DNA of 64,000 nt, taken from Methylococcales bacterium. Its GTDB lineage: Bacteria > Pseudomonadota > Gammaproteobacteria > Methylococcales > Methylomonadaceae. Of the stretch, positions 38,230 to 47,285 are shown one piece after another. Made by a program: the position numbers and the translations under genes. Position 1 is the stretch's first letter; every line of letters starts with the position of its first letter. The DNA lies in the NCBI GenBank assembly GCA_965247565.1, contig CBDFHF010000003.1, positions 196,447-260,446 on the forward strand. Direction: 5' to 3'. The notes beneath the pieces are model-generated. The model saw only the letters and a program-made list of their open reading frames with translations. It was not told where the DNA came from and ran no database searches.

Positions 38230-39408
38230 ATGACCGGTGTGGATGTCATTATTATTGGAGCAGGCGCGTCTGGATTAATGTGCGCCATTGAAGCAGGCAA
38301 GCGCGGCCGCAAAGTACTAGTGCTAGATCATGCGAATAAAGCCGGTAAAAAAATTTTGATGTCCGGCGGTGGCCGCTGTAATTTCACTAATTATTCAATT
38401 GCCCCAGAAAATTACATTTCCAGTAACCCTCATTTTTGTAAATCTGCTTTAAGCCGTTATACACAGTGGGACTTTCTGGCTTTAGTTGGCAAACATCAAA
38501 TTCCTTTTCATGAACGCGACCATGGCCAGCTATTTTGCGACCACAGCGCGAAAGATATTCTCGGCATGCTGTTAACCGAGTGCGATCAGGCCAACGTGTC
38601 GGTGCGTTTAAACACACCTATAGACAGCGTCGAAAAAGTTGCTAATCGATTTCATATTAAAACCGACCAAGGCCTTGTTAGCTGTCAGTCGTTAGTTATT
38701 GCCACTGGTGGGCTGTCCATTCCGAAAATGGGCGCCACTCCATTCGGTTATCAGATTGCCGAACAATTTGGCATTAACATCATACCCACTCGCGCAGCAC
38801 TGGTACCATTTACTCTGCAACCGAAAGATAAAGAAAAATTGGCGACTTTAGCGGGTATTGCCGTGGCGTGTACCGTTACTAATGGCAAGCAAAGCTTTAG
38901 CGAAAACCTGCTATTTACGCATCGCGGTTTGAGCGGGCCAGCAATTTTGCAGTTGTCATCTTACTGGCAACCCGGTGAAACCATATCGGTCAACTGGCTG
39001 CCTCATCAGGAATTGGGTGCTGCGCTGAAGATTAGGCGCCAGCAAAAGCAAAAAAATAGCATTAAAACCATTTTGGCCGACTACTTGCCCAAGCGCTTGC
39101 TGGATTGTTTGCTACCCGATGAAATTTTGCGGCTATCTTTACAGGATTGTGCTGATAAACAACTGCACCAAATTTCAACCCAACTACATCAATGGCAAAT
39201 CAAACCTAATGCGACTGAAGGTTATCGCACAGCAGAAGTGACTGCGGGCGGCGTCGATTGCGATGCGTTATCTTCCAAAACCATGGAGAGCAAAACTGTG
39301 CAGGGCCTTTACTTTATTGGCGAAGTAGTCGATGTAACCGGTTGGTTAGGCGGCTATAATTTCCAATGGTCCTGGTCGTCAGCCTGGTGTGCAGGCCAAT
39401 ACTGCTAA
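38230..39408 (+). CDS. HI0933/YhiN(BaiN)-family NAD(P)/FAD-binding flavoprotein
   Basis: 'DVIIIGAGASGLMCAIEAGKRGRKVLVLD' Rossmann motif, 'GGGRCNFTN' family signature. Confidence 0.8.
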   Translation: MTGVDVIIIGAGASGLMCAIEAGKRGRKVLVLDHANKAGKKILMSGGGRCNFTNYSIAPENYISSNPHFCKSALSRYTQWDFLALVGKHQIPFHERDHGQLFCDHSAKDILGMLLTECDQANVSVRLNTPIDSVEKVANRFHIKTDQGLVSCQSLVIATGGLSIPKMGATPFGYQIAEQFGINIIPTRAALVPFTLQPKDKEKLATLAGIAVACTVTNGKQSFSENLLFTHRGLSGPAILQLSSYWQPGETISVNWLPHQELGAALKIRRQQKQKNSIKTILADYLPKRLLDCLLPDEILRLSLQDCADKQLHQISTQLHQWQIKPNATEGYRTAEVTAGGVDCDALSSKTMESKTVQGLYFIGEVVDVTGWLGGYNFQWSWSSAWCAGQYC

Positions 39409-39470
39409 CTTAGTCTATAAAATAGAGGTCTTGACCAAAGAACCGCTTTAGATGCAAAAACCCAGCATTT

Positions 39471-40343
39471 TCAGGATTTCAGTTGGCGTCCAGTTCCCAC
39501 AAAAGCATGTTTTCGGTGTGGGTAACGGTGTAGGACTTTGGCAACATAGTTTTGCGTTTCTTTGTAAGGCGGGACGCCTTTGTACTTGTCGACCGCACCT
39601 TCGCCAGCATTATATGCCGCGGCGACCAACTCAATTTCACCATCATAACGATCCAGCAACCAACGCAGATAGCGCACGCCGCCTTTGACATTTTGACTGG
39701 CATCAAATGCGTCTTTCACATTAAATCGTTCCGCAGTTGCCGGAATCAGTTGCATTAAACCCATAGCATTAGCACTGGATCTTGCTGTCGACTGGAAAGC
39801 AGATTCGACACTGACTATAGACAACGCTAGTTGTGGGTCGACATGATGCCAACTGGCTATTTTCTTGACCATATCGATTAACCAACGCTGATTTTTTGGC
39901 AAAGCGGACAGAATATCTTGCAGGGATTTGCCCCGAAAACCCTGAATCGCTGAAGCATTGATATGATGACCACGCGGAGGTTTGACATTCGTCAACACGC
40001 ATTCCGGCATTTTATCAGCGCTGTAATGGATGGTTTCCAGCATATTAGCGGCTTGCTGATGACCTTGTTGCGCGGCGATGGCGAGTAAAGAAGCCGCTAC
40101 TTCCCGATCTTCTGGAACACCTTGGCCAAAGGCAAATAGCATGGCTAATCGATATTGTGCTTCAATCGAACCATTACGTGCACCCTGACAATAAAGATTT
40201 GCCGCTTGCCATGGATTAATGCGCTCCAGCTTGCTTGCTTTACGTAACAAAACCAGTTGCTGTGGTGGTTCGGCACCTAATTCAGCAGCTTGAGCGGCTA
40301 GATTTGCAAGCAGTAAAAACGATAAGGCAAGGACACGAAACAT
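39471..40343 (-). CDS. Lytic transglycosylase (SLT domain) with N-terminal Sel1-like repeats, exported
   Basis: Signal peptide 'MFRVLALSFLLLANLAAQA'; Sel1-type repeats; SLT motifs 'ESAFQSTARSSANAMGLMQL' and 'AAYNAGEG'. Confidence 0.75.
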   Translation of the reverse strand: MFRVLALSFLLLANLAAQAAELGAEPPQQLVLLRKASKLERINPWQAANLYCQGARNGSIEAQYRLAMLFAFGQGVPEDREVAASLLAIAAQQGHQQAANMLETIHYSADKMPECVLTNVKPPRGHHINASAIQGFRGKSLQDILSALPKNQRWLIDMVKKIASWHHVDPQLALSIVSVESAFQSTARSSANAMGLMQLIPATAERFNVKDAFDASQNVKGGVRYLRWLLDRYDGEIELVAAAYNAGEGAVDKYKGVPPYKETQNYVAKVLHRYPHRKHAFVGTGRQLKS

Positions 40344-40417
40344 TTTACATCTCTGCAAACAGTTGGAATCAGCCTCCTTATAAAGGACATTACTGCCCGT
40401 GTCCAGTTAGTACACTA

Positions 40418-41548
40418 TTAAAGCGAACCTCTATCCTCGTCAGTTTCTGAGAGTAACAAGTCTGTTTCGTTTAAACCACTCATGTGATCGGCACCCAACT
40501 TAATCATCAGACGTACTTCGTTTTTAGAATCGGCTGAATTTAAGGCGTCTTCATAGCTAATCTTGCCTGCCATAAACAAATCATAAAGTGCCTGATCAAA
40601 AGTTTGCATGCCAGCTTCACGGGAAGCTTTCATAAGCTCTTTGATTTTATTAATTTCGCCCTTACGAATATAATCCTTAGCCAACGGCGTGTTGAGCAAT
40701 ATTTCGATAGCTGGGTAACGACCTTTGCCGTCAACTCGCTTAATCAACTGTTGCGCCACAATGCCTTTTAAACTTAACGATAAATCCATAAGCACTTGCG
40801 TATGCATTTCATCGGGGAAAAAATGCAATATGCGGTCAAGTGCCTGATTGGCGTTGTTAGCATGTAAGGTTGACAGACATAAATGACCTGTTTCCGCAAA
40901 CGTAATCGCATGCTGCATGGTTTCCCGGGTTCTGATTTCGCCAATCAGAATGACATCCGGTGCCTGACGCAGGGCATTTTTTAAAGCAACTTCGTAAGAT
41001 TCGGTATCAATGCCGACTTCGCGCTGCGTGACAATACAGCCTTCATGCTGATGCTGGTATTCAATCGGATCTTCAATAGTAATGATATGACCGCTGCTAT
41101 TTTGATTGCGGTGCTTAATTAAGGATGCCAAAGAAGTCGATTTACCGGTTCCGGTAGCGCCGACGAAGATCACCAGTCCGCGCTTTTCCATAATCAGCTC
41201 TCTGAGTACGGGCGGCAGATGGATTTCGTCGGTTCCAGGAATTAAATTCTCTATACGCCGTAATACCATACCGGCTGTATCACGCTGAATAAACGCACTA
41301 ACCCGAAATCGGCCCAACGCCGCTACACCGATCGCAAACTGACACTCCTTGGTATTTTCAAACTCACTCCTTTGGCGTTGATCCATCACCCCAGTAACAA
41401 TGCTTAGCGCCTGCTCTGCGGTTAGCGCTGTTTTTGATACTTCGTGTAAAACACCATCAATTTTTATAGTGGGTGCGCGGCCAGCGGTTATAAATAAATC
41501 CGATGCCCGCTTTTGCACCATCAAGGTTAGTAACGCAGTAAAATCCAC
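40418..41548 (-). CDS. pilU: Type IV pilus retraction ATPase PilU
   Basis: PilT-family ATPase, ~380 aa with a C-terminal extension, Walker A 'GATGTGKST'; immediately downstream of pilT. Confidence 0.85.
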   Translation of the reverse strand: MDFTALLTLMVQKRASDLFITAGRAPTIKIDGVLHEVSKTALTAEQALSIVTGVMDQRQRSEFENTKECQFAIGVAALGRFRVSAFIQRDTAGMVLRRIENLIPGTDEIHLPPVLRELIMEKRGLVIFVGATGTGKSTSLASLIKHRNQNSSGHIITIEDPIEYQHQHEGCIVTQREVGIDTESYEVALKNALRQAPDVILIGEIRTRETMQHAITFAETGHLCLSTLHANNANQALDRILHFFPDEMHTQVLMDLSLSLKGIVAQQLIKRVDGKGRYPAIEILLNTPLAKDYIRKGEINKIKELMKASREAGMQTFDQALYDLFMAGKISYEDALNSADSKNEVRLMIKLGADHMSGLNETDLLLSETDEDRGSL

Positions 41549-41557
41549 AGCTCTCTC

Positions 41558-42595
41558 CTAACGGAACATATCTTTATTAACCGCTTTAACCATAGCGACT
41601 TTTGCCGTAATTGCACCTTTGTCTACCAATTCTTTTAAGTTTTGATCGAGCGTTTGCATACCTTCTTTGCGCCCAGTTTGGATGGCCGAATACATTTGCG
41701 CCACCTTAGCTTCCCTAATCAAGTTTTTAATAGCCGAAGTCCCTACCATGATTTCATGCGCAGCAATTCGACCGCCACCGGTTTTCTTTAACAAAGTTTG
41801 TGAAATAACCGCTTGCAAAGATTCCGATAACATGGCGCGAATCATGTCTTTTTCTGCAGCAGGGAAAACGTCAATGATACGGTCGATGGTTTTAGCAGCA
41901 GAGGTCGTATGCAAAGTACCAAACACTAAATGCCCGGTTTCAGCGGCAGTCAGCGCCAGACGAATGGTTTCCAGATCGCGCATTTCACCCACCAGAATAA
42001 TATCTGGATCTTCCCGTAACGCAGAACGTAACGCTTCATTAAATCCATGCGTGTCGCGATGTACCTCACGCTGGTTGATTAAACATTTTTGGCTCTCATG
42101 AACAAATTCGATCGGGTCTTCCACAGTCAGGATGTGCGCATAATCATTGGTATTGATGTGATTAATCATGGCCGCTAATGTGGTTGACTTTCCTGAACCG
42201 GTCGGCCCAGTAACCAATACCAAGCCGCGCGGTTTTTTACACAACTCTTCAAAAAATTTAGGCGCGTTTAAATCTTCCAAGCTTAAGACTTTAGACGGAA
42301 TTGTTCTAAAAACACCCGCCGCGCCACGATCTTGATTAAAAGCATTCACACGAAATCTGGCCACGCCGGGCAATTCAAAAGAGAAGTCAGTTTCCAGAAA
42401 CTCCTCATAATCACGGCGTTGCTTATCGTTCATAATGTCATAAATCAACGCATGCACTTCTTTATGATTTAACGCCGGAATATTAATGCGTCGAATATCG
42501 CCGTCCACCCGAATCATAGGCGGTAAGCCAGCCGATAAATGTAAATCCGACGCCTTATTTTTAACTGAAAAAGCCAATAATTCGGCAATATCCAT
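41558..42595 (-). CDS. pilT: Twitching-motility ATPase PilT
   Basis: 345 aa; 'GPTGSGKSTT'; 'AIRNLIRE'-type C-terminal motif ('AIKNLIRE'). Confidence 0.9.
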   Translation of the reverse strand: MDIAELLAFSVKNKASDLHLSAGLPPMIRVDGDIRRINIPALNHKEVHALIYDIMNDKQRRDYEEFLETDFSFELPGVARFRVNAFNQDRGAAGVFRTIPSKVLSLEDLNAPKFFEELCKKPRGLVLVTGPTGSGKSTTLAAMINHINTNDYAHILTVEDPIEFVHESQKCLINQREVHRDTHGFNEALRSALREDPDIILVGEMRDLETIRLALTAAETGHLVFGTLHTTSAAKTIDRIIDVFPAAEKDMIRAMLSESLQAVISQTLLKKTGGGRIAAHEIMVGTSAIKNLIREAKVAQMYSAIQTGRKEGMQTLDQNLKELVDKGAITAKVAMVKAVNKDMFR

Positions 42596-42712
42596 AACAC
42601 CCTCTTATTTTGATTAGAAATAGCAAAAAACCATAACTATACGATAGTTCAAGTCTTTGCTTTTTAGAAGCGCTGTTGTCTAATACCTGTGACCCAAGCA
42701 GAAAATTTATTT

Positions 42713-43390
42713 ATGACCACTCTATCTGACCGACGCACGCGCATTCTTGCACAAATCAACCAAGCTGCCCTGGTCTATCAACGAAATCCCCAATCCATCC
42801 TATTATTAGCGGTCAGCAAAACCAAACCTGCGTCAGCCATTGCGGAACTCTACCGATCCGGACAACGGCATTATGGCGAAAACTATGTACAGGAAGCGCT
42901 TGGCAAGCAACAACAACTGGGCGCATTTGATATTACCTGGCATTTTATCGGTCCGATTCAATCGAACAAAACCAAAGCCATCGCCAGCCATTTTAGTTGG
43001 GTACACAGTGTCGATAGTTTAAAAATTGCCACTCGACTGAGCGAACAACGACCAACACACTTGCTACCATTAAACATTTGTTTACAGGTTAATATCAGTG
43101 CTGAAGCCAGCAAATCCGGTATCAGTCTTGAACAACTACCTCTACTGTGTGAACAAGTTGCTAAACTGCCCAATATAAAACTGCGTGGGGTAATGGCAAT
43201 ACCAGAACCCGAGTCAGACTTTCAACGCCAACGACAACCGTATAGAGAACTTTATCAAGCTGTTAAAAAGCTAAATCAGCCTGAGCTGGATACCTTTTCG
43301 TTTGGCATGAGTGGGGATTTAACCGCAGCAATTGCAGAAGGTTCAACAATCGTTAGAATCGGCACCGATTTATTTGGTGCGCGGAAATAA
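42713..43390 (+). CDS. yggS: YggS-family pyridoxal-phosphate homeostasis protein
   Basis: 'LLAVSKTKPASAIAE', 'GENYVQE'; divergent from pilT as in other gammaproteobacteria; start trimmed to 'MTTLSDRR'. Confidence 0.8.
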   Translation: MTTLSDRRTRILAQINQAALVYQRNPQSILLLAVSKTKPASAIAELYRSGQRHYGENYVQEALGKQQQLGAFDITWHFIGPIQSNKTKAIASHFSWVHSVDSLKIATRLSEQRPTHLLPLNICLQVNISAEASKSGISLEQLPLLCEQVAKLPNIKLRGVMAIPEPESDFQRQRQPYRELYQAVKKLNQPELDTFSFGMSGDLTAAIAEGSTIVRIGTDLFGARK

Positions 43391-43810
43391 TTTACAGAAA
43401 CGTAAAGTTCGGCAGGTTGTTAACGAAATACCAGACCGATCAAAGAAACCAACATTCTGGCGTACCATAGGTCTTGTAGTAATCGCATAAATCAGTTTGG
43501 GCAGAAAATTAATTAGTCGTCGTTCGAGCAAGTTTTTCCGCCCAACATTTCGGTTTCATATTATTAATATGTATCGTCAACTATTCGGCATCAATCAATA
43601 TGAATAACGCTGTAAGGTCAGGCGACAAATAAATGCCCGACTTTATTTCTCTCCAACCTGCGATATATTTGCCTACCGAACTTTCATAGAAAAGTGCATG
43701 ATCAGCGTTTGTGCCCGACACGGCTATTGAGAAGCAGAGCATTGTCTGCCGGGGCTTTTGCCCTTACACTTAACGGTTTTTAGCCTTGCACCTTACAGAG
43801 TAATAATAAC

Positions 43811-45682
43811 GTGAAACTGTTAAAGTCTTTAAACACCCACAATGAGTTATTACAACTCACCTGTTCCGCGCCGGAAATACCAAACCGCAAACGACTTTTT
43901 GCCCATAGTATTCTGGCTTTAGTTAGCGGGTTTACATTTTCTAATATCACTCAGGCGGTAACTATTGCCAAATTAGCTGATTCATCTCAGTTCCCCAGTA
44001 GTCTGTCGTCGGAAGTGTCCTTGAATGGAGATACTGCAGTATTCCAGACACCTGCAGTCACAAGTTTTTACTCAGCTTTATACTCAATGAACATCAACAC
44101 TGGCGTATCCTCAATAGTCAAGTTACTTGATTCCACGACACCAATTCCGCAAGGCATAGGAAATTTTGATGCCACTTACTTAACAGTTGCCTCTCATTTC
44201 ACGGTAAGTAACGATAAAGTCTTCTTACATTACAATGGCGGTAATCAATCAGGTGTGTATTCGATTCCGGTTTCTGGCGGAGCCGTGACCATGCTCTTCA
44301 ATCAAAGCTCCCAAAAACCCGACACCGCTTCCGGCACTTTTTTGGGCACATCTTTCCTGCCTCATAGCATAAAGGTAGATGGCAATTATGTTCTGGCGCA
44401 ACAACCAGGTTACAAATTCGATACATCCACGGGGATACTCACTCGTATCTTCAAAAACGAAGGACCTGCTATATATGATCCCATCGTTGATGCAAATGGT
44501 AATGTCGCCACCTTTGTAGTAGAAAGTTTTGGAGACTCAAACAATCCAAATCATCAATTTGCAATTGTTGCCACACCCTACAGCAATACCATTGATATCA
44601 ATTACGGTACTTATTCGAAAAATTACGATTTATCCAATCCGAACGTAATTGTTTCAGGCAACACTATTGTCCCTGGAACAGCGTCAAATCCTAGAACATT
44701 TGAACCAACTCGCACGAACATACTTGGAATGTCATCTCCTTTCGGAAACCCAAAGATTGATGCGGGCACTGTGATTTTTTCAGGTGCGGCAAAACCAATC
44801 AGCGTTCCCGGCATTGACAATAAAGATCTTGATCTTTGGGGTTTGTATAGTACAACCAGTAACCCAGGTGGCGAAGTAAAAAAACTGGCCGATACCCAAA
44901 CTGCGATTCCAGAGGGAACGGGTAATTTCGATGCGAGCACATTTCAGTTGTCAAGTAGCTACCAAATTAGTGACGGCAATGTTGTGTTTTGGGGTTATGG
45001 TAAAGCTAACAATGTTAATCAGAGAACACGTGGACTTTATTTAAGCTCATTAAGTGGTGATAAGTTGACTAAAATCGTCGCAGATGGTGATACGTTAGTC
45101 GATGGAACAATCGCGAATTTTGAATACACGTATGATTTTTCATTATCTGGAAACCATGTGTTATTTTATAACGCTGGTAGTTTTTACCTAGCCACACTTA
45201 ATGATAATGGTGGAAGCGGGGGCAATACGGGCGGTAACGGAGGAGGAAATGGTGGTAATACAGGTGGAAACGGCGGCAATGGCGGCGGAACATCATCCGG
45301 CACCACGCCAATCATAGGCCAAACCGAATCCGCTGATCAGGTACAGGTAAACCAGCCATTCAGTTACACGGTTAGCTTCGCCAATTATGCGCCATCTGTC
45401 GCTACCAGCGTAAAACTCACCGACACCCTGCCGAAAAAAACCAAACTGGTATCAGCCGTGACCAGCCTGGGTAAAAAATGCAAAGGCAAAGCGCCAGTGG
45501 TGTGCAGCTTTGGCACCGTGGCATCCGGCGCCAATGTGTCTGCCACCATTACTGTCACCCGCAAGAAACCCGGACAGATAAAAAATTCAGCATTTATTAC
45601 TTACAAAATACTGAAAACGGGTAGCAAGAAAAAGAAAAGCTATAAGCTGGTTGCGCCTAGCGAATCAACGACAGTGAATTAG
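43811..45682 (+). CDS. Large exported hypothetical protein with a beta-repeat N-region, Gly/Asn-rich low-complexity linker and C-terminal DUF11-like domain
   Basis: Hydrophobic signal-like segment; recurring '..V(L/V)F(Y/W)..G' motifs; 'GGSGGNTGGNGGGNGGNTGGNGGNGGG' linker; C-terminal 'VSATITVTRKKPGQIKNSAFI' DUF11-like region. Confidence 0.6.
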   Translation: MKLLKSLNTHNELLQLTCSAPEIPNRKRLFAHSILALVSGFTFSNITQAVTIAKLADSSQFPSSLSSEVSLNGDTAVFQTPAVTSFYSALYSMNINTGVSSIVKLLDSTTPIPQGIGNFDATYLTVASHFTVSNDKVFLHYNGGNQSGVYSIPVSGGAVTMLFNQSSQKPDTASGTFLGTSFLPHSIKVDGNYVLAQQPGYKFDTSTGILTRIFKNEGPAIYDPIVDANGNVATFVVESFGDSNNPNHQFAIVATPYSNTIDINYGTYSKNYDLSNPNVIVSGNTIVPGTASNPRTFEPTRTNILGMSSPFGNPKIDAGTVIFSGAAKPISVPGIDNKDLDLWGLYSTTSNPGGEVKKLADTQTAIPEGTGNFDASTFQLSSSYQISDGNVVFWGYGKANNVNQRTRGLYLSSLSGDKLTKIVADGDTLVDGTIANFEYTYDFSLSGNHVLFYNAGSFYLATLNDNGGSGGNTGGNGGGNGGNTGGNGGNGGGTSSGTTPIIGQTESADQVQVNQPFSYTVSFANYAPSVATSVKLTDTLPKKTKLVSAVTSLGKKCKGKAPVVCSFGTVASGANVSATITVTRKKPGQIKNSAFITYKILKTGSKKKKSYKLVAPSESTTVN

Positions 45683-45859
45683 CCCGTTTAACTTGGCGCT
45701 GGATGGTGACTATTTTGCCCATACAGCGCGAGTTTGCTGTTGGTTAACGCTCACCACGAACGGCTTTTCCTGTAAATTTGCGACTTAGGAAAATTATTTT
45801 TTGACGGAATCTTTTCAATAAGTTAGGTTCCATCGCTAAACTTTAGCAGCAGGATTAAT

Positions 45860-46750
45860 GTGATGGAAAATCAAGACATAACAAGTTACACCCGCAAAGC
45901 CGCTTTTGGATTGGCAGCGCTGTTGCTGCTGATCTTTCTTGCCGGCACCTGGTTTACGGTGGATGCCACCGAGCGCGGCGTGGTATTGCGTATGGGCGCA
46001 TTGTCGCATGTGGCTAAACCCGGTTTAGGGTTCAAACTGCCCATGATTGATACGGTTGAGAAAATCTCTATGCAAACCAATACCTTTCATTTAAAAATGA
46101 ATTCGTATTCATCCGACCAACAATCAGCGGATGTGGATGTCAGTGTGACATTGCATGTTTCACCGGAGCATGTGGATTCGCTTTATGAGCGCTTTCAAAG
46201 TTTGGATTCTTTGGTTAGAAGACTGATTGAGCCGGTCGTTAAGCAACAAGCTAAAATTATTTTTGGCCGATATACTGCCGTTAAAGCCATTCAAGAGCGC
46301 GCCGTTTTAAACAACGATGTCTTGACTGCGATTACCAGCGCGCTCAAGGGTGAAACATCTGTGGTACTGGAAAGCATTCAACTGGAAGATATTAAATTTT
46401 CTGCTGCTTATGAAGAGTCCGTTGAGCAACGCATGCTGGCTGAAGTGGAGGTATTAAAATTAAAACAAAATGCCGAGCGTGAAAAAGTACAGGCACAAAT
46501 CAAAATAACCCAAGCGGAAGCTGATGCCGCTGCGGTGCGTGCCGCGGCGCAAGCAGAAGCTGACTCCATCCGGGTAAAAGGTGAAGCTGAAGCCGATGCC
46601 ATTAAGGCCAGAGGTGCGGCGTTACGCGACAACCCCAATCTAATCGGCTTGGTACAAGCCGAACGCTGGAATGGTGAATTGCCTAGCACCATGGTGCCTG
46701 GAGGCGCCATACCAATGATCAATATTTCGCCGAAAGCCAAACCAGAGTAG
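45860..46750 (+). CDS. SPFH/prohibitin-family membrane protein
   Basis: N-terminal TM segment, SPFH core and an Ala/Glu-rich coiled-coil tail ('AEADAAAVRAAAQAEADSIRVKGEAEADAIKARG'). Confidence 0.75.
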   Translation: MMENQDITSYTRKAAFGLAALLLLIFLAGTWFTVDATERGVVLRMGALSHVAKPGLGFKLPMIDTVEKISMQTNTFHLKMNSYSSDQQSADVDVSVTLHVSPEHVDSLYERFQSLDSLVRRLIEPVVKQQAKIIFGRYTAVKAIQERAVLNNDVLTAITSALKGETSVVLESIQLEDIKFSAAYEESVEQRMLAEVEVLKLKQNAEREKVQAQIKITQAEADAAAVRAAAQAEADSIRVKGEAEADAIKARGAALRDNPNLIGLVQAERWNGELPSTMVPGGAIPMINISPKAKPE

Positions 46751-46795
46751 TCATTCTTAATTCTGCGCTACGGCTGAGGATAATTGGGCTTATTC

Positions 46796-47194
46796 TCAGT
46801 TTAAAGTACGATGCCCTCGTCCTCTCATGCAACTGGAGTACGCTCTTTTGAATTGTTCTTCGGCGCTAAAGCCTTGCCTAGCGCCACCGCCAAGCCCGCC
46901 TGCCGCTGCGCCTATGGCCGCACCTGATGCTGGATTACCTCCGAACGCCCCAACTACTGCGCCAGTGGCTGCACCTAACAAAGCACCAGTGCCCGCGCCG
47001 ATGGCAACTTCTTTGCCGACACCGTTTGAGGCTTGTTGAGCCAACTGTTTACATTCTGATATATCTTGATTAATCCGGTAAGCATTGGGGTCATTGTACG
47101 GGTCAACTGTTGGTGTCCAGCCGCCTTGGCTATAGCAAGCTGACAACAATAAGCTGCTAGTAATAACGATGGTAATTGTTGTTAATCTATACAT
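46796..47194 (-). CDS. Glycine-zipper (Gly-zipper_2TM / 17-kDa-antigen-like) lipoprotein
   Basis: Lipobox 'LLSAC'; 'GAGTGALLGAATGAVVGAFGG...GAAIGAAAGGLGGG' glycine zipper. Confidence 0.7.
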   Translation of the reverse strand: MYRLTTITIVITSSLLLSACYSQGGWTPTVDPYNDPNAYRINQDISECKQLAQQASNGVGKEVAIGAGTGALLGAATGAVVGAFGGNPASGAAIGAAAGGLGGGARQGFSAEEQFKRAYSSCMRGRGHRTLN

Positions 47195-47285
47195 TTTTTA
47201 GGTTCTCCAGAAAATACTGCCGGTATGAGTGTGGGCGTGTATGAATGAATTTTTAGTGAATGCTTAATAAAATGGCTCTGCGCCA

